From Lama glama (lineage: Eukaryota), in contig CM052816.1 in NCBI GenBank assembly GCA_028534125.1, forward strand, positions 12,340,001-12,404,000: 64,000 nt of DNA, in the 5' to 3' direction. Shown here piece by piece: positions 1-14,251 of this stretch. Positions within the stretch are counted from its first letter, which is position 1. Each line of letters starts with the position of its first letter. The notes below the pieces were generated by a model. The model was not told the origin of the DNA and did no database searches. It worked only from the letters and a program-made list of their open reading frames with translations. A program made the translations under genes and the position numbers.

Positions 1-510
1 TTATCCTGCTCAGCAGTCCCTTCGCCATGACCCTTCTTTCTCTTTTTCCCTCTCCCTTCTCTCCTCTTTCTTTCTCTGTCTCCCTGGCTTCATCTCATGC
101 CAGTCTCCTTGCTTATTCTGTTCTAGCCACCATGCCTGCCCGAAATCCCTGAAGGTGGTGCTCCAGTCCAACCTCAGGGTCTTTGCACTTACTGTTTCCT
201 CAGCCTGATTATCTCTTCCCTCCTTCATCATCACAGTCTGTTCCCGTCCTTCAAATCTCCTCTTAAAAGTCACCTGATCAAACAGACTTTCCCTAAGGAC
301 ACTCTTCAGTCCTTAAGGACCCCCAGTTCTCCCCATGCAACATGGTCTCCTTGACTGTTTCTCTTACAGCTGTACCATCAGGCATTCTGTACATTTGTCT
401 CTCCCCAATGGAATACATGCTCCTTAGAGTCAAGGATTTTGTTCACTGATGTTTCCCAGCAGTGGAACAGGGTCAGGTACAGAGCTGGAGTTACTGAATT
501 CATGCTTGAT
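1..510 (+). mobile_element. L2 3' fragment
   Basis: Pyrimidine-rich, with ctcagggtctttgcacttactgtt..ttttgttcactgatg. Confidence 0.65.
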
Positions 511-1038
511 AAACTTTGCATAAATAATATTCCTTTCTTCTTGCCAGGATGGTCATAGATGTGAGTGGTTCATCATTAGTATGTATGCAGGTGATGCAAA
601 TGGTGGGGAAGGCTTTAGGATTTTAGTGGCATTTTGTAATTTGCAAGATGTTTGTGCAAACCTGTCTGTGTGAATCAGGGATGGCTCCTGGCACTGCTTC
701 ACTTGTCTGCTTGGTATGGAGGCCATCAGATAATGAGTAAACTTTATAAAGACTCTTGGTTTTTACAAATTTTAAGTTTACAAAATGGTGTTATTTTAAT
801 TTGCATTACCCTAGATCTGCAAGTGCAACTGGAGGGGGTGTGCTGATGGCTGTATAGCTGGCTACATCAGTAATGAAACCAAGCTCTGGGGAACAATCTT
901 GTATACTGCTTATCGGTCATTTTGGGCTTTTCTCTCCTGCACTTTATCACAAACTAAAAGGTGTCCTGTTTATGATTCTTAACTCTTCATTCCTCTTCTA
1001 TTCAATCAGCATCACTATTTAGACCTCTGTGATTCAAA

Positions 1039-1056
1039 TCATTTTCTCCTCCTCCT
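1039..1056 (-). other. Start of a candidate terminal exon (RRRRK-stop in the continuing frame)
   Basis: Very strong acceptor ttctctttctttttatttttctag|AGGAGGAGGAGAAAATGA. The 3' end is not defined. Confidence 0.4.
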
Positions 1057-3039
1057 CTAGAAAAATAAAAAGAAAGAGAAAACTGCTTTCCTAGGCACCA
1101 GTTACAACTTGACATTTCCTCTCCCTTCCATGTACTACCAGCTCAGGAAAGACAGAGCTGCAGCTGTCATATTGCCTTTCTCGTCTCTGCTTCCTGACAT
1201 TCCCTTATTCCAGTTCCTCCTTCCTGCTAAGGCTGCTACTCTGGTCTCTGCTTTTTTTCTGCACGAAACATCACTTTATCTTCTGCAGCCTCCTACTCTA
1301 GGAGATTTTTGTGACTATTATGGAGAATAGCAGATGCCAAGGATGTGAAAAGTGAAGACATTCCACTGATATCATCTTGGCTACTATACATGTGTCCCCT
1401 GGGGAAGATTTTTCTTATCAAATGGCTTCTCTTGTGCCTTTAAAGGACAAATGGAATGAGTTGAAACAATTATTCTGAAACTCCAGACATTAAGAGCAAC
1501 AATTACTACTGATAATGAAGTAGGATTTTGTGGCGAACTATGTCATCATTAATCAGATTTCCTGGATAAGTTCTTGACTCTCTACTTGGCCCAATGGAAA
1601 GAGACAGTGAACACGGCACTAGAGTTGGAAACAGAGAAGAGAGTTAACTCGGGGATATAATGAATCAATTGAAGCTGATTTTGGATTTCAGCCTCTGAAT
1701 ATAACAATGGTAATCGATATATGAAGCAATGTATTTCTCTACTAACTGTAAAGCTGAATGGTGGTCATGTTTCTAGGCTGCTTTATCCTGGGCATTTTCT
1801 TAAGCTCCATATATATAATTAAGTCCCCCACAAAAAAAGTAAACTAGTAAGAGAAAATGTGAAGCAGTTCTAAGCTGGGTTGACTATTTAGCTATTCCAG
1901 AGACAGTATTTTGGGGACCTGGAGTGGATTGCTTTCTTCACTTCCTGGGACGGAAATAACCAGGGCTCAAAGCCAGATCTCAGTCAGCATTTTGCTGCAG
2001 CGAAGAGCAGACCTGTGCAGGTGACTAAATACACTGCTTTCTTAATAGTTAGACCCAAGCACCTCAGCAAGAAAGCTTCAGCTTGGAGTCACTTGCTCAC
2101 TCATCAGCCACCTGCTAATACAATTCATGCACCAGCATAGGGAGCAATGGCTGTGGTCACCCACTGTCACAGCAACATCTGGGCCAGCTGGCTGAAGCTC
2201 AGATTTTAATACCTGTGAGAAAAATAGTCCTGGTTGCAAAGTGGGCAAGAAGCTTTTAAAGATTTACATCTCAAAGGATCAGAGAGAGAATTTTAAATGA
2301 CATGTTTCCTAAAGAAAATGCTCTAAGAAAAAGGAGGTCAGGCCCTAGCAGCAGGAAGAAGCCTGTGTAAAGTTTAGTCCAGCTGAGGGGAATTTAAGGC
2401 TGTCTTGCTCAGCAGAGAGCACGGGGAAAGAGGGATGACACGAGGTTACACAGATAGGCCGGAGGACCACTGAGCACCACAGTGGTGGTAAGAAGGCAAA
2501 CTGCACTCCAAGTGTAGCAGGAAGCCATTGAAGTTATTAAGCAAGACAAAAAAATTATCCATTTATACAGAAAAAAATTTTTTTGGTGTAAGGAAAATTA
2601 ACGTACCAACCACCTACAATGTATAGCAATATATAAAAACTATTTTATTTAAGCCTTGTAATCTTGCTATTACATTGGAAAGAACAGCCCAGGTAACTTT
2701 AGTTACGGGTTGATGACACAGACACATGGCAATTTAACAGCATGCTCATTTTGGAGTCAAAAAGAGTTCAAAGGCTTGCAAAGCTTAAACAACTAGCCCC
2801 AAGTTACCAAGCTACTAAATGGCACCTCATGTCCCTGAATTCTTAATACTGAAGAACTCTGATGATTACTATTTTTTTTTCAGTCAACGTCCAGTTCATT
2901 AGTGATCCCATCAAGTCTCATGACTTGAAATCCCATCTGTATAGTGATGACTCCAAATTTTTAGCCCCAGCCCAGACCCCTACACCACAGCTAGGTGACA
3001 GCACTGAATCAAAGTGCAGCCTCTGAGACACAGAACAAA

Positions 3040-3335
3040 ATCTTTCAGAAGGGTTTCTGAAAAGATAATTTTCCCTCTGATAAAAAGAGACATACGAAGA
3101 CAACTTTCTAGCTCACTCATTCTTTAACACTGTTGGATAAGGATGTGGTTACGAGCACACTGAGGATAATGAAGCAGAGAGACCAGGACACCCTGGGTCT
3201 TTGGTGATTACTGAGCCAGTAAAGCATTCCAGGACCATTGTTCTGCAGGATGTTTAAAATGTAAGACAATATTAAACACCAAATGTTTAAGTCTCTGTTA
3301 CTTAGTTAGTCTGTCACTTTGTGGCTGAAAGCAAT
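3040..3335 (+). mobile_element. Old MLT1 LTR fragment
   Basis: cctgggtctttggtga..tgagcca..gtttaag..ctgtta..ggctgaaagca terminus. Confidence 0.55.
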
Positions 3336-5291
3336 GGAGACCTTGGCCATTGCAGTGATTAACCAGAGCCTGTGATCTAGCTAATCCAGCTTTCACTATT
3401 CAGTATGATTATTGTACAATGAATTTACAGAGGCGCATTCCAAGGAAGTCCAAGGACCCGCCATACACAAAGCCCCCTGTGGAGAAAATAACCAGGTGAT
3501 TTTTTTTTTTTTTTGGCATTCATTCAGTGAACTTGAAGCATTCGTTACATGCCAAGAACTACTCTAGGCACTGAGGATGCAGCAGCAGTGAACTAAAGAG
3601 GCAAACACCCTTGCCTTCATGGAATTTACATTCTTAGTAGGAGAAGATGCAGACCATCTTCCCCTACTAGAATGGAACTGCATGCATGGTGTGCAGTTCT
3701 AAAGCTCACACACATAACATTCTCCTCTTTCTGGCCAATTACTACTACCCTTAGCAGGAAGGGCCACATGCCTAGTTCTGACCAAGGTCTGGCTAGAGTG
3801 TTGTGAGCAGAACTGACACTCCTTCTGGACCAAAACATTTTACTTTCAGTGCAAAAGAGACTCTCTTCCCATGGCTTCCATGCTTGAAGAAATCTGTCTT
3901 GAGATGGAGGCAACACAAGCAGCCTGGATTTCAAAGTCATTTAGCTACATTTACAATTTATCTCCTCTCAACAGCATGTACCATTTTGATTCCGTATGTA
4001 ATATACAGACACATACATAGCGAATAAAGTTATTATAAGCAAAGCCAGATTCTGATTCCTATCAGTCATTGGTCACAATTTCCCTCTAAATACATTCTCT
4101 CCTGTTCTGAAAATCACAGGATAGCAATTATAAAAATTCATACATTTTTACAAACAATATGGAGAACTGGGGAGACATAAAAAAAGCTATACTAAATTTG
4201 TTGATATTTAGAATAGAATTGGAACTGGATGAAATAGTGAATTTCATCCATTTGTAGTAGAATGATGATTGACTTTCTATCATTTTTTTTTCTCTGTGCT
4301 TCTTAATGTGACTCTCTGAATGTCCCAGGAAGCTAAGTGCCCATCTGTCATCCCAGGAGATTACTCTGTGTGAACAGTGTTCTTTTTCAGCTGTTTTCCA
4401 AGATACTTGCTCTACAATTTTTTTCACTTCTAATCATTTATCACTCTAGTCTTTCTGCAAAATTTCAAGTACCAAATCCATCATGTCATAACATGTTTTT
4501 CAAATGATTATTAGATTAACTCTCAATATGATACGTTTGCTATTATAATTTTTCATATGCTGATAATGAGGATTTCCTTCCACCTCCATGAAGTCTCTAG
4601 GGAGAGGCTCTTTTGTTGGAAAACTGGATAAATTTTTCTTAAATTCTCTTCTGGAGTTTCTTCAGTAAGATGTCCCTTTGGAAGACTATGGGCTGTGGCT
4701 TCATGAACCTAAGGAACATGCCTGCATTACCCAATCCTGTAACTCCAGGACCCAGCTTAGTGTGCGCACACAGTAGGTCTTCAATAAAACATTACATACT
4801 AGCCCATCTCAATTCCCCTTACCTGATTATTTGCATAAAACCAATATAAACATACATACTAGTGCTCAATTAATGTGGCAAATGAATTAAGAAGACGAAT
4901 TAACCTATCAATTCAGGTATCTCTGAATTGGAAATCCACTGCCATTAGTTCAATTTTATAGCAAACTGGTTCCATTTTCCAAAATTAATAGCATTTTTAA
5001 AAATAACACAACTTTAAATAAGAATCATGCTCTATACCCCTGGAAAAATTATGATATAAAAGGTATCATAAATGGTAACAGAAAATCCAGATTTACCTAT
5101 ATATCTTGATTCATATATGTCTTCATGCCTTTTCTATCATATCTTCCTTCTTGCTATAGTTGCAAAGAGAGAAGAGAGGAGAGAAACAGAGAAAGAGAAG
5201 GGAAAGTGGGAGAGAGATATAGAGACCAATGGTTGACAGTCAATGAATCTGAGTAAAGATTGAGTGCTGTAGGTGTTCAGTGTACTACTAT

Positions 5292-5510
5292 TGGAAACAG
5301 TAAAGGATTCTAAAGATGTCCATGTCTTGATCCCCAGAACCTGTGAATGAACAGCAAAAGGACTTTGCAGATGTGACTAAGAATCCTGAGATGCGGCAAT
5401 AAGCATGGTTTATCCAGGTAAGTTCAGTGTAATCACAAGCATCTTTACAAGGGGACAAGTGAGGCAAAAGAACCAGAAAAGGAGATGTGACAACAGAATC
5501 AAGAGTCAGT
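5292..5510 (+). mobile_element. MLT1 (MaLR) LTR, 5' part
   Basis: aaagatgtccatgtc..ccccagaacctgtgaat..gactttgcagatgtg..gtaatcacaag signature. Confidence 0.75.
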
Positions 5511-6874
5511 ACAGCAAACGGTGTTGGGAAAACGGGACAGCTGCATGTAAATCACTGAAGCGAGAACACTCCCTCACACCATACACAAAAATAAACTCAA
5601 AATGGATTAAAGACTTAAACCTAAGACAAGACACTATAAACATCCTTAGAAGGAAACATAGGCAAAACATTATGACATAAATCTTAGCAATTATCTCCTA
5701 GGGCAATCTATCCAAGCAATAGAAGTAAAAGCAAAAACAAACAAATGGGACCTAATTAAACTTACAAGCTCTTGCACAGCAAAGTAAACCATAAGCAAAA
5801 AAAAAAAGACAGCCTATGGAATGGGAAAAAATATTTGCAAAAAAATGAGACTGAAAGGGCTTAATTTCCAGAATATATTAACAGCTCATGCAACTTAATA
5901 AAAAACAATCAATCTAATCCAAAAATTGGCAGAAGGCCGAAACAAGCAATTCTCCAATGAAGACATACAAATGGCCAATAGGCACATGAAAAAAATGCTT
6001 AATATTTCTAATTATCAGAGAAATGCAAATCAAAACTACAATAAGGTATCACCTCACACCAGTCAGAATGGCCATCATTCAAAAGTCCATGAACAATAAA
6101 TGCTGGAGAAGGTGAGAAAAGGGAACCCTCCTACACTGCTGGCAAGAACATAGTTTGATTTTGATTCAGCAGTTATGGTAAACACTACAGAGATTCCTCA
6201 AAAAACTGAAAATAGACCTACCATATGATATACCAATCCCACTGGGTATATATCCAGAGTGAACTCTAATTTGAAAAGATAAATGCACCTCAATGTTCAC
6301 AGCAGCACTATATACAATAGCCAAGACATGGAAACAACCGAAATGTCCACTGACAGATGACTGGATAAAGAAGCTGTGGTATATCTGTATGATGGAATAC
6401 TACTCAGCTGTAAAAAGGAATAAAATAATGCCATTTGCAGCAACATGGATGGACCTAGAGATCATCATTCTAAGTAAGCCAGAAACAGAAAGAAAATATC
6501 ATATGTTATCACTCATATGTAGAACCTAAATAAAATAAAATAAAATAAATTTGAAAGGATACTATGAACTCATCTACAAAACAGAAACAGACTTGCAGAC
6601 ACAGTAAACGATCTTACAGTTACTGGGGAAAGAAGGTGGGAAAGGATAAATCTGAGAGTTTGAGATTTACAAATGTTGGCCACTATATATAAAAACAGAT
6701 TTAAAAAAATTTTCTTCTGTACAGCACAGTGAACTATGTTCAGTATCTTACAATAACCTTTAATGAAAAAACATGAAAACGAATATATGTATTTATATGC
6801 ATGACTGGGACATTGTGCTATACACCAGAAATTGACACAATTTTAATTGACTGTAATTTAAAAAAAGAAAAAAA
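5511..6874 (+). mobile_element. 5'-truncated young L1 (ORF2 C-terminus, 3'UTR, A tail)
   Basis: ORF pieces [16 protein letters not shown] and MFTAALYTIAKTWKQPKCP are L1 ORF2; frameshifted. Confidence 0.95.
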
Positions 6875-7574
6875 TGGGGTATTTTTAAACTGTACACCAT
6901 AGTATATTATAGCGATAATAGCCATTTACTGGTACTTACTACATGTTAGAAATTCTGCTTAATGTTTTATGAGATTTATGCTATATTCATTACATGAATT
7001 ATATTCAGAAAACATAAAAGGAAGGTTTTGCATTTTACACACAAGAAAACTGAGGCTCATGGTTAATCATTTTCCCATGACCATGTAACTAAGAGATAAG
7101 GAAGCCAGAATTTGACATTAGGTCTGTATAATTTGAAGCCTGTCCTCTAAACCACTGTATTCTTTGAGGATAGATGCGGAACCTTTTATTTTTATTGTAT
7201 CCTCCAGCGAACTTGGTAAAAACACTAAGTTCTTATTTTATTCAGCATAAGCTGAATACAATGAGTAAGTACACTCTGATGCAGGAAGTGAAGATGACAG
7301 TTTGAGGAAATAGACTGGGTGAGGGAATTCCACTAGTAACAAGTGTTCTCTCTTCTATAGTTTAAAATCATCCCTAACAGGTTGGAAGTGCTGGTATACT
7401 ACTACACTGCCAAGTATGCCTTGCTCTTAAAGTGCATATAGTTCCAAAAAGCTCTGTGTGTGTGAAGGTGAGAAGGGAGTTGGGAGTATTAGGGAGAGAC
7501 TCTTCACTCAATCTTATTACTTATGCTGCTTACAGATACTTGCTGAGTATTATAGGTATTATATTAATGGAGTC

Positions 7575-7810
7575 ATGGCTAATACTTATGGAGCACTTGA
7601 CAATGAACCAGGCAACGTGATAAACACTTTTCACGTATTACCTCATTTAAAAGCCAGGCAGGACTAGGATACCTTTACTATTGTTATCCACTTTCTACGG
7701 ATGAGGATAATCAAAGTTAGGGAGGTTAAATGACTTGCCCAAGGTTACAGATGAGTTAAGCGGTCCCAACACTGATCTAAGACCAGAGTTTAAGTTCCTA
7801 ACTAAAACAC
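7575..7810 (-). mobile_element. MIR
   Basis: gctaatacttatggagcactt..gaggttaaatgacttgcccaaggttacag. Confidence 0.75.
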
Positions 7811-8177
7811 CATCTGTTTTCACTGTTCTTCTTTCTGCTTTTCTCTGCCATCTAAATCGATGGCAAAATGATTTGTTAAAAGGTGCAAAGATTTCTAGTC
7901 GAAGTTCGATTATGGTAAAAACAATACAAGTTCTTGATTTATTCCTGTTTAGAAAATTAACCTTTTTATAAAAAAGTCACTCCTTGGCATTTCCTCTTTG
8001 GACAAACAAGTTCATGGCTTCTTCTAAAATTCTGAAAACTATGTCTGGGTTTCCAGAAGCATCTCAATGGAGATGAGCAAATTTTAATATTTGAAGTTCC
8101 TATAGGATTTAGGGAATTTGGCGTTCCTCTTACAACCAGATCAGCAAGACCTAGACCCATATTAACACTGACAGTAC

Positions 8178-8254
8178 CTTCCTCCTCGATTTGAGCTTTG
8201 GCCAAGAGCTTTCTTCAGCATCTGTTGTCCAACTCTGATCTTTGAAAAGATCAG
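8178..8254 (-). pseudogene. C-terminal exon leading to the coiled coil
   Basis: ttttattcctgcttacag|CTGATC...GGAAG|gtactg, 77 nt. In phase with the previous exon: ADLFKDQSWTTDAEESSWPKLKSRRK. Confidence 0.6.
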
Positions 8255-8644
8255 CTGTAAGCAGGAATAAAAGATTTAAATGTAATACCTATAAATCATA
8301 GCATCTTAGACTTAGAAAACATCTCACCTTATCATCTTATCCAACTCTCTCATTTCACAAATGACAAATCTGACAGGAGGGGTTTTGTGACAAAAATCTC
8401 AATGACAAATCAACATTTTTATTTCCGAAACACAGCCCAGAGCTCTTTCTTCTTCATCACAAAAGAAGAATGAGGAGATGGACTATTTAAGGAGAGGCAA
8501 ACTGAGAAGGTTAAGTATCTTTGTGACGCCCTTCTTCTCAGGAGAGGACTGAACAATAGGTAGCAAGCTTCAGTTTAAGCATCGGAGGATTTCAGCTAGG
8601 AAACAAAATTCTCCACTTATTCAGGATGAATACATTCTGGAGAA

Positions 8645-8890
8645 GTAATATATAACATGTTGAATATATTTAACACTGTATTGTACACTTGAAATTTGCT
8701 TAAGTATTCTCCTCTCTCTCACACATACACAAAATCCTAACTATGTGAGGTGATGGATGTGTTAATTAGCTTGACTGTGGTAATCATTTCACAATGTACA
8801 CATATACCAAAATATCAAGTTGTACACTTCAAGTATGTATGATTTTTATATGTCATGTCTACTTTGACAAAGCCATTAAGGAAAAAGAAA
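8645..8890 (+). mobile_element. Old L1 (L1MA/MB-like) 3' end
   Basis: gtacacttgaaatttgct..actatgtgaggtgatggatgtgttaattagcttgactgtggtaatcatttcacaatg. Confidence 0.8.
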
Positions 8891-10719
8891 ATACAAGTAT
8901 AGTGAGGTACACACACGCACAAAAATCCTCTCATTAGGAGTCGTTAAGTAAAGGAATTGATAAGGAAAAGAGTTCAAGAGTTTCCTTCCCTGTAAGCCTG
9001 AAAAATCCAAGTGATTTCCACCAGTGTAAGATGATGGCTTTACAATCCCCACCACAGTCAGTCACCATTCATTCCTTACTTCATAAATACTCATGTAGTG
9101 CTTGTGACCTGCCCAACTGCTCCTGAGTTGAAAGTTGCGGACAACGCAGAACAGATACCTGCCCTCGTAAAATTTGTATTTTAATAAGGAAAAAAGTTTC
9201 TTTGAAAGTATACAAGTCAAGAAGGTAAACACACATTGTGATGTTAGGAAGGATGTAATAGGGCAATGGACAAGTACGCAGGGAAGGACCAATACATAAA
9301 AGGTCATCAAGGAGAGTCCCCTGCGCTGGCATCTGAAAGATAAAAACATGATGACTAAGGAAAGAGCTGGAGCAAAGGATTCCAGGAAGAAGGAACAGCA
9401 AGCGCAAGCAAAGAGGCAACTCGTACCCATAATAGGTATGGTTTCATGGGCAGCTAAGCAAGAAAGTAATTTTCCTCTGCACTCAGTACCTCCTGACATC
9501 CTCACCTTGGTCTTTCAGTTTTCCCGCCATTATCTGCTTAAGTTTCTAAATTTTCTTTTTTTCCTCTGAATTTCCTTAGTGCTATGATGTAGATGACTAT
9601 CTGGCTCAACTTAAAATCTCTAAGAAGGTTCTAATCTTTTAATAATCGCCAAAGGTATTCTCTGCAGACATTTAATTCCAGTACTTCTATACTGATCAGT
9701 CTGATTCCTGACACAGGCAAAGAGCCAGCATCTCTGTGTGCACAGACAGGTGGAAAAGAAACGTCTAATATCCTACCCCATGGAGCCTCTTCAGTAACTC
9801 CCTGACCACCAACCACACTCACAGGACAGCAAGAAAAAAGACATCATGATTTCAGCGCTGTGTTGATAGAACACGCTCATTAGCATGGTTAGCGTGAACT
9901 GTCAGTATGTCAGCTTTGATTTTCCACTCTGACAGGCATTTTACTATGTATGGGCTCGTTCTAGGTACCACACAGATTTACAAATAAAAACTAGAATTAT
10001 GGTTCCTCTCGTCCTTCAAAATTACAGTGTTTTTTCTCTGAGGGTAGAGAATGAGTTTACACTATTCATAGTAACATATGTTCTTCCTCTTTAGCATATA
10101 TGTTGTCATTTAATATCCTTGTGCATGATTCTTTAACATGCTGCATTAAATGTTAAGCTCTTTAGGGAATAGGGGGCAGGTTTAACCTGTTCATCATTGT
10201 ATCAAGCACCTTTTACATTTGGTGCCAATCAAACCTTCTGGTATATGTAATCAAAGAAAGTATATGTCCTTGTGGCATTCAGTCTAGAAGGGTACTGCTC
10301 TGTTTGGATTTGGAAGAGGCAAGACATAAACTCATGAAATGGTTAGGAAGTAAGGCAGTATTTATTCATTCAGCAAATGTTTGAGTAACCATAATGCACT
10401 TGGCATTATGGTGGGGATAGATTACTGAGTAAAATCCAAAAAAGTCTTTGGTTTTACTGAGCTGATTTTCTGGTTGTGGAAGCAGATGCTAGTGGAATTA
10501 TCACACAAAATGGAAAAAAAAAAACAGCTCAGACAAATGCCTTGAAGTTGTTGTACAGTGATTCATTTAGATTTTAGTAGCTCAAAGCAAGGGATTACCA
10601 AGAGACAAGTGAGGACAGTTGACCACAGTCAGGCAAGTATAGCTTTGATTTGCCCCATTACAATTAATAGCTTCCTCTCTGTCCATGGCCACAGGCAGCA
10701 AAGAACTTATTTACATTTC

Positions 10720-11600
10720 AGCCAGTGAGGACTTTTCAGACCCTACAGCCCACCATTCTTTGGAATCTTTCTTCCTGATTTCTGTCACACTCCCTCACTC
10801 CTGGTATCTCTCTTCATTTGGTCCCTCTGGGTGGACACCACAGCTGGACAGTTAGCTTGGTTTGGTTGGATGCTGTATTTTCATACCTCCTCTGGTATTA
10901 ATCCCAGCAACCAATGCATGGCTTAAAATCCTAATCCCTGGGCTTTTGTTTGTGCTGTAGAGGAGCTGTGCCTCGTGTCTTACACTTCCCTGCTCTGTAC
11001 CTGTATCCAGTCTTCCATCCAGTTTCTTTGCATTGCTCCCAGCTTCTCCCAATCCAACCCAAATGCTCTAGGTGTAGCTCAAGTCTGATCACCCCCAGGT
11101 TTATGATCACTGCATCATCTCTGTACTTTGCAGTTTTCTGTTACTTTACTCAAAAGTAAATCACTTCATGTCACACCCTGCTTAGAACTGTCTCGTAGCT
11201 TCTTTTTCTACTGCAAATAAAACCTAAACTCCTTTACATGCCTTGTAAGGCCCTGCTTGAACTGCCCCTAAAGTCCTCTCTGATGATATTCAGTATTATT
11301 CCATGACTCCCACTGACTGAGCATCTGCACACTGGCTTTCTTGGGGTCCCTAACATATGTCAACTTCATTCCCACCCAGCAGCCCTGGGGCTTGCTATTT
11401 CCCTTCCTGCAGAACCTTCTTGGTATCCGTAACACTGCCTCCCAGGCTACCTCCTGCCAGACTCCTTCTCTGAGATCGTCCCTGGGCATCCACTGTCCAG
11501 TTACTCCTGCCTCACCCTAGTCAATCTCTATTAATTGTCCTAATTTATCTTCTCCATGGCTCTTACCACTCTTAAGATATCTTGTTTACTTACATAAGTA
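10720..11600 (+). mobile_element. L2 fragment
   Basis: aaataaaacctaaactcctt..aaggccctgc.. L2 signature. Confidence 0.6.
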
Positions 11601-12221
11601 TAAATGGACACTCTAATACGTCTCTAACTGTCCAGTCAATCTTGATTACTGAGTAGTATGAATACATCTCTATCTCTGCTGGCCATATTCTCCTGCTTCC
11701 AACATAAGCATCCATTGGTACCTCAGTACCACGGAGTATGTTTAAATACCGTGTTCCTCAACAAACACAAGGACTACTCAATGCCCCATCAGTCACTAAC
11801 AAAATGGCTAGTTAGTCTATCTTTCGATTGTTGGATTTTTCTAGAAGGATCAGATTCAAGTATATTGTGTTTCCCAAACTAAAGAGAGATCATATTAAAC
11901 CCTGACTGGTCTCCTTAAAGTGCCTCTCTCTTAACTTGAAGAGGGAAGCAAGCCTACCGTTCCCATCCTTAGAGAAGGAGTGCACTCAGAGAATCCCAAA
12001 TGCTTTCAACAAAAGTCCTCTTCTTCTTTTTTTTTTTTAATCACCAACTGCTGGCTTTTAGTCATGCTCATTGACAGAGAGGGTTGTATTAGATGTGAGA
12101 GCGGGTTTCAACACTACTTTTGAAATGTTCACATTATAACCTGCATTGCACTCTGAAGTATGGTATTTACTGTCACGGTGCTTCATCCAAAAATTACATT
12201 TCAACGTCCTTTACTAAGTAC

Positions 12222-12273
12222 CTCTATCCCTAATTGCATCCATGATCTTTAACAACGAAGACGGCATGAGAAC
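12222..12273 (-). pseudogene. C-terminal rib-helix exon
   Basis: tttctgttctgatttgtag|GTTC...TAGAG|gtactt, 52 nt. Reads VLMPSSLLKIMDAIRDR (cf. TRPC6 YQKIMKRLIKRY). Confidence 0.6.
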
Positions 12274-14251
12274 CTACAAATCAGAACAGAAACGAGGTGA
12301 GAACAACTGGTTCAACCATACTGTGTTACAACAGACTAGCATCAGCCTTCTCCGTCTCCTCCCGCTAGAAGCGCCACCTTATGGAAGTAAGGCACTTGTC
12401 TGTCTTCTCACCACTGTGTATCCTTTGAGCCAAAAACAGTATTTCGCACAGAGTACCTGCTCAGTAAATATCAGCTGAATGAAGTAAATGACTAAACACT
12501 TACTATGTGCCAGACAACACTGACAGAAACCTTGTATTAAAATACACACTTCAAAGACAGTTATTCTTCCTTGTAAGATAAAAGAACTGAGGTTCAAAGA
12601 AGTTAAGTGACTTGTCTGAGGTCATACATGGGAATGTGTCTAAGCTGGGATTCAAATCTAGGCAGTCTGACTCAGAACACATTTTCTATTACACCGTATT
12701 AGGTGCAAAGCTAACAGATGCAGTACACTGCTAGCCCTTGAGGGATGGAACTGAGCCTGACACTTCTTACATTCCAATAAAAAGAGTAACACAGGGCACG
12801 GACATCTATGGTACAACATAAAACACATGTGCAAGAAATACATGTGCCAGAGAATTTCAGGAGGCACGATCAAAGTTATTGGCCAGGATGCACTTTCAGA
12901 AAAAATTCTTAAAGATGAAGTCTTCTCAGATTACAATGAAAAGATGTCTTCAATTTCAATAGCTATAGATGGAAAGTAAAAGAATTCTAAGAGAATCAAA
13001 GGGTAAGGATGGAGTAAGAACAGAGAAAAAGAAGATGAAGAAAAAACACGAAGCCAAACCCATCAAACTTGGTAGCTGATCAGATATTGTGGATAAAGAG
13101 AAAGAGGAATTGACTGTTGAAAAAAGGATTTAAGAGCTCCAACTTGAAATCGGGAAGACAAGGAAATGGCATTACCATGAAGAGAAATAGGAACATGGTG
13201 ATGATTTGGAACAGAAGCTAAAGAAAGGGAATATGACCAGTCTGTAGGAGCAGATAGATGCATAAAGAGAGGAACTAGCTGGAATTCTAGGGAGCCCACC
13301 CCACGTAGGAGGATTCACAAATGTCTAATGGACCCAAATACCAACTTTCAAGAGATGCAGCCCTGTCCCAGAAAAGGGAGAACTTGGTTAATCAAGCTCT
13401 CTCTTTCTCCAGAAAGATAACAGGTGGTAATAGGGCCAAAATAATCTTTGTGGTTCCTGGTAGGTATTTACCATTTCCGGGCCCTTCATTACATTGTTTG
13501 GTAGAGACAGAGTATGTTTGAATTCCTGGCTGTCTCAATGTTATAAACTTTGGCCCTTTATATGTGGCTATAGGAGATGCTCCCCATGGGATGGCTTGAG
13601 AATTGCCCATCCTGCCTGTGGACAGCGTGGAACAGACAGAGGGAAAGTTAGGAGCAGTAAGGGGTGTATACACACACACACACTTAATTTTTCACACAAT
13701 AATAGTTTTCCAGTATCATTCACAACTGAGATTACAGTTAAAAATCACATACTTGCAAATGTTTGTTGTCTATCTATATCCACAGCTATAGTGTAGGTAT
13801 GTTTATACCTAGACCCATTATTCTTTTCTCAAAATACTGGACAGGTATTTATTCTTTGGAGTTCTTTTCATCATCTGAATAGGTCAAACTATGTAACGGT
13901 CTCTGAGTGACCAAAGATAGAACAAAATAGGTAAATATTTCTGGATTGTATTTTAGGTTTCATCTCAGGATTTTCTAGTTCCAGAAATAAAACAATATTC
14001 ATGGTGCTGGGTTCTCAGCTCAAACCTGAACTATGCAAAAGGGAACAGCTACCCTTCGCCAAGTTAAGAAAAAATTCCGACATGTTTACAGTTTATCTGA
14101 AGAGCCAAAGTAGACAATCAGAATTTAAATCATTTTGGCCTGTTCCTCCTCAATCAGCAACATTTGTTTGATGTTTCAAATTACGTCCATGAAAACAAGA
14201 AGAATATAAGGAGTAACAACTGACCCTAAGGTTGACATATCCCCACCTTAC

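Noticed and set aside
4240..4290. KKMIESQSSFYYKWM resembling the TRPC coiled coil KELKQDISSFRYEV
   Set aside because: The position fits, but there is no convincing splice acceptor and the match is short; left unassigned.
9872..9935. Two small adjacent hairpins (cacgct/agcgtg, ctgtcag/ctgacag)
   Set aside because: The stems are short and there are no H/ACA or C/D boxes; likely chance.
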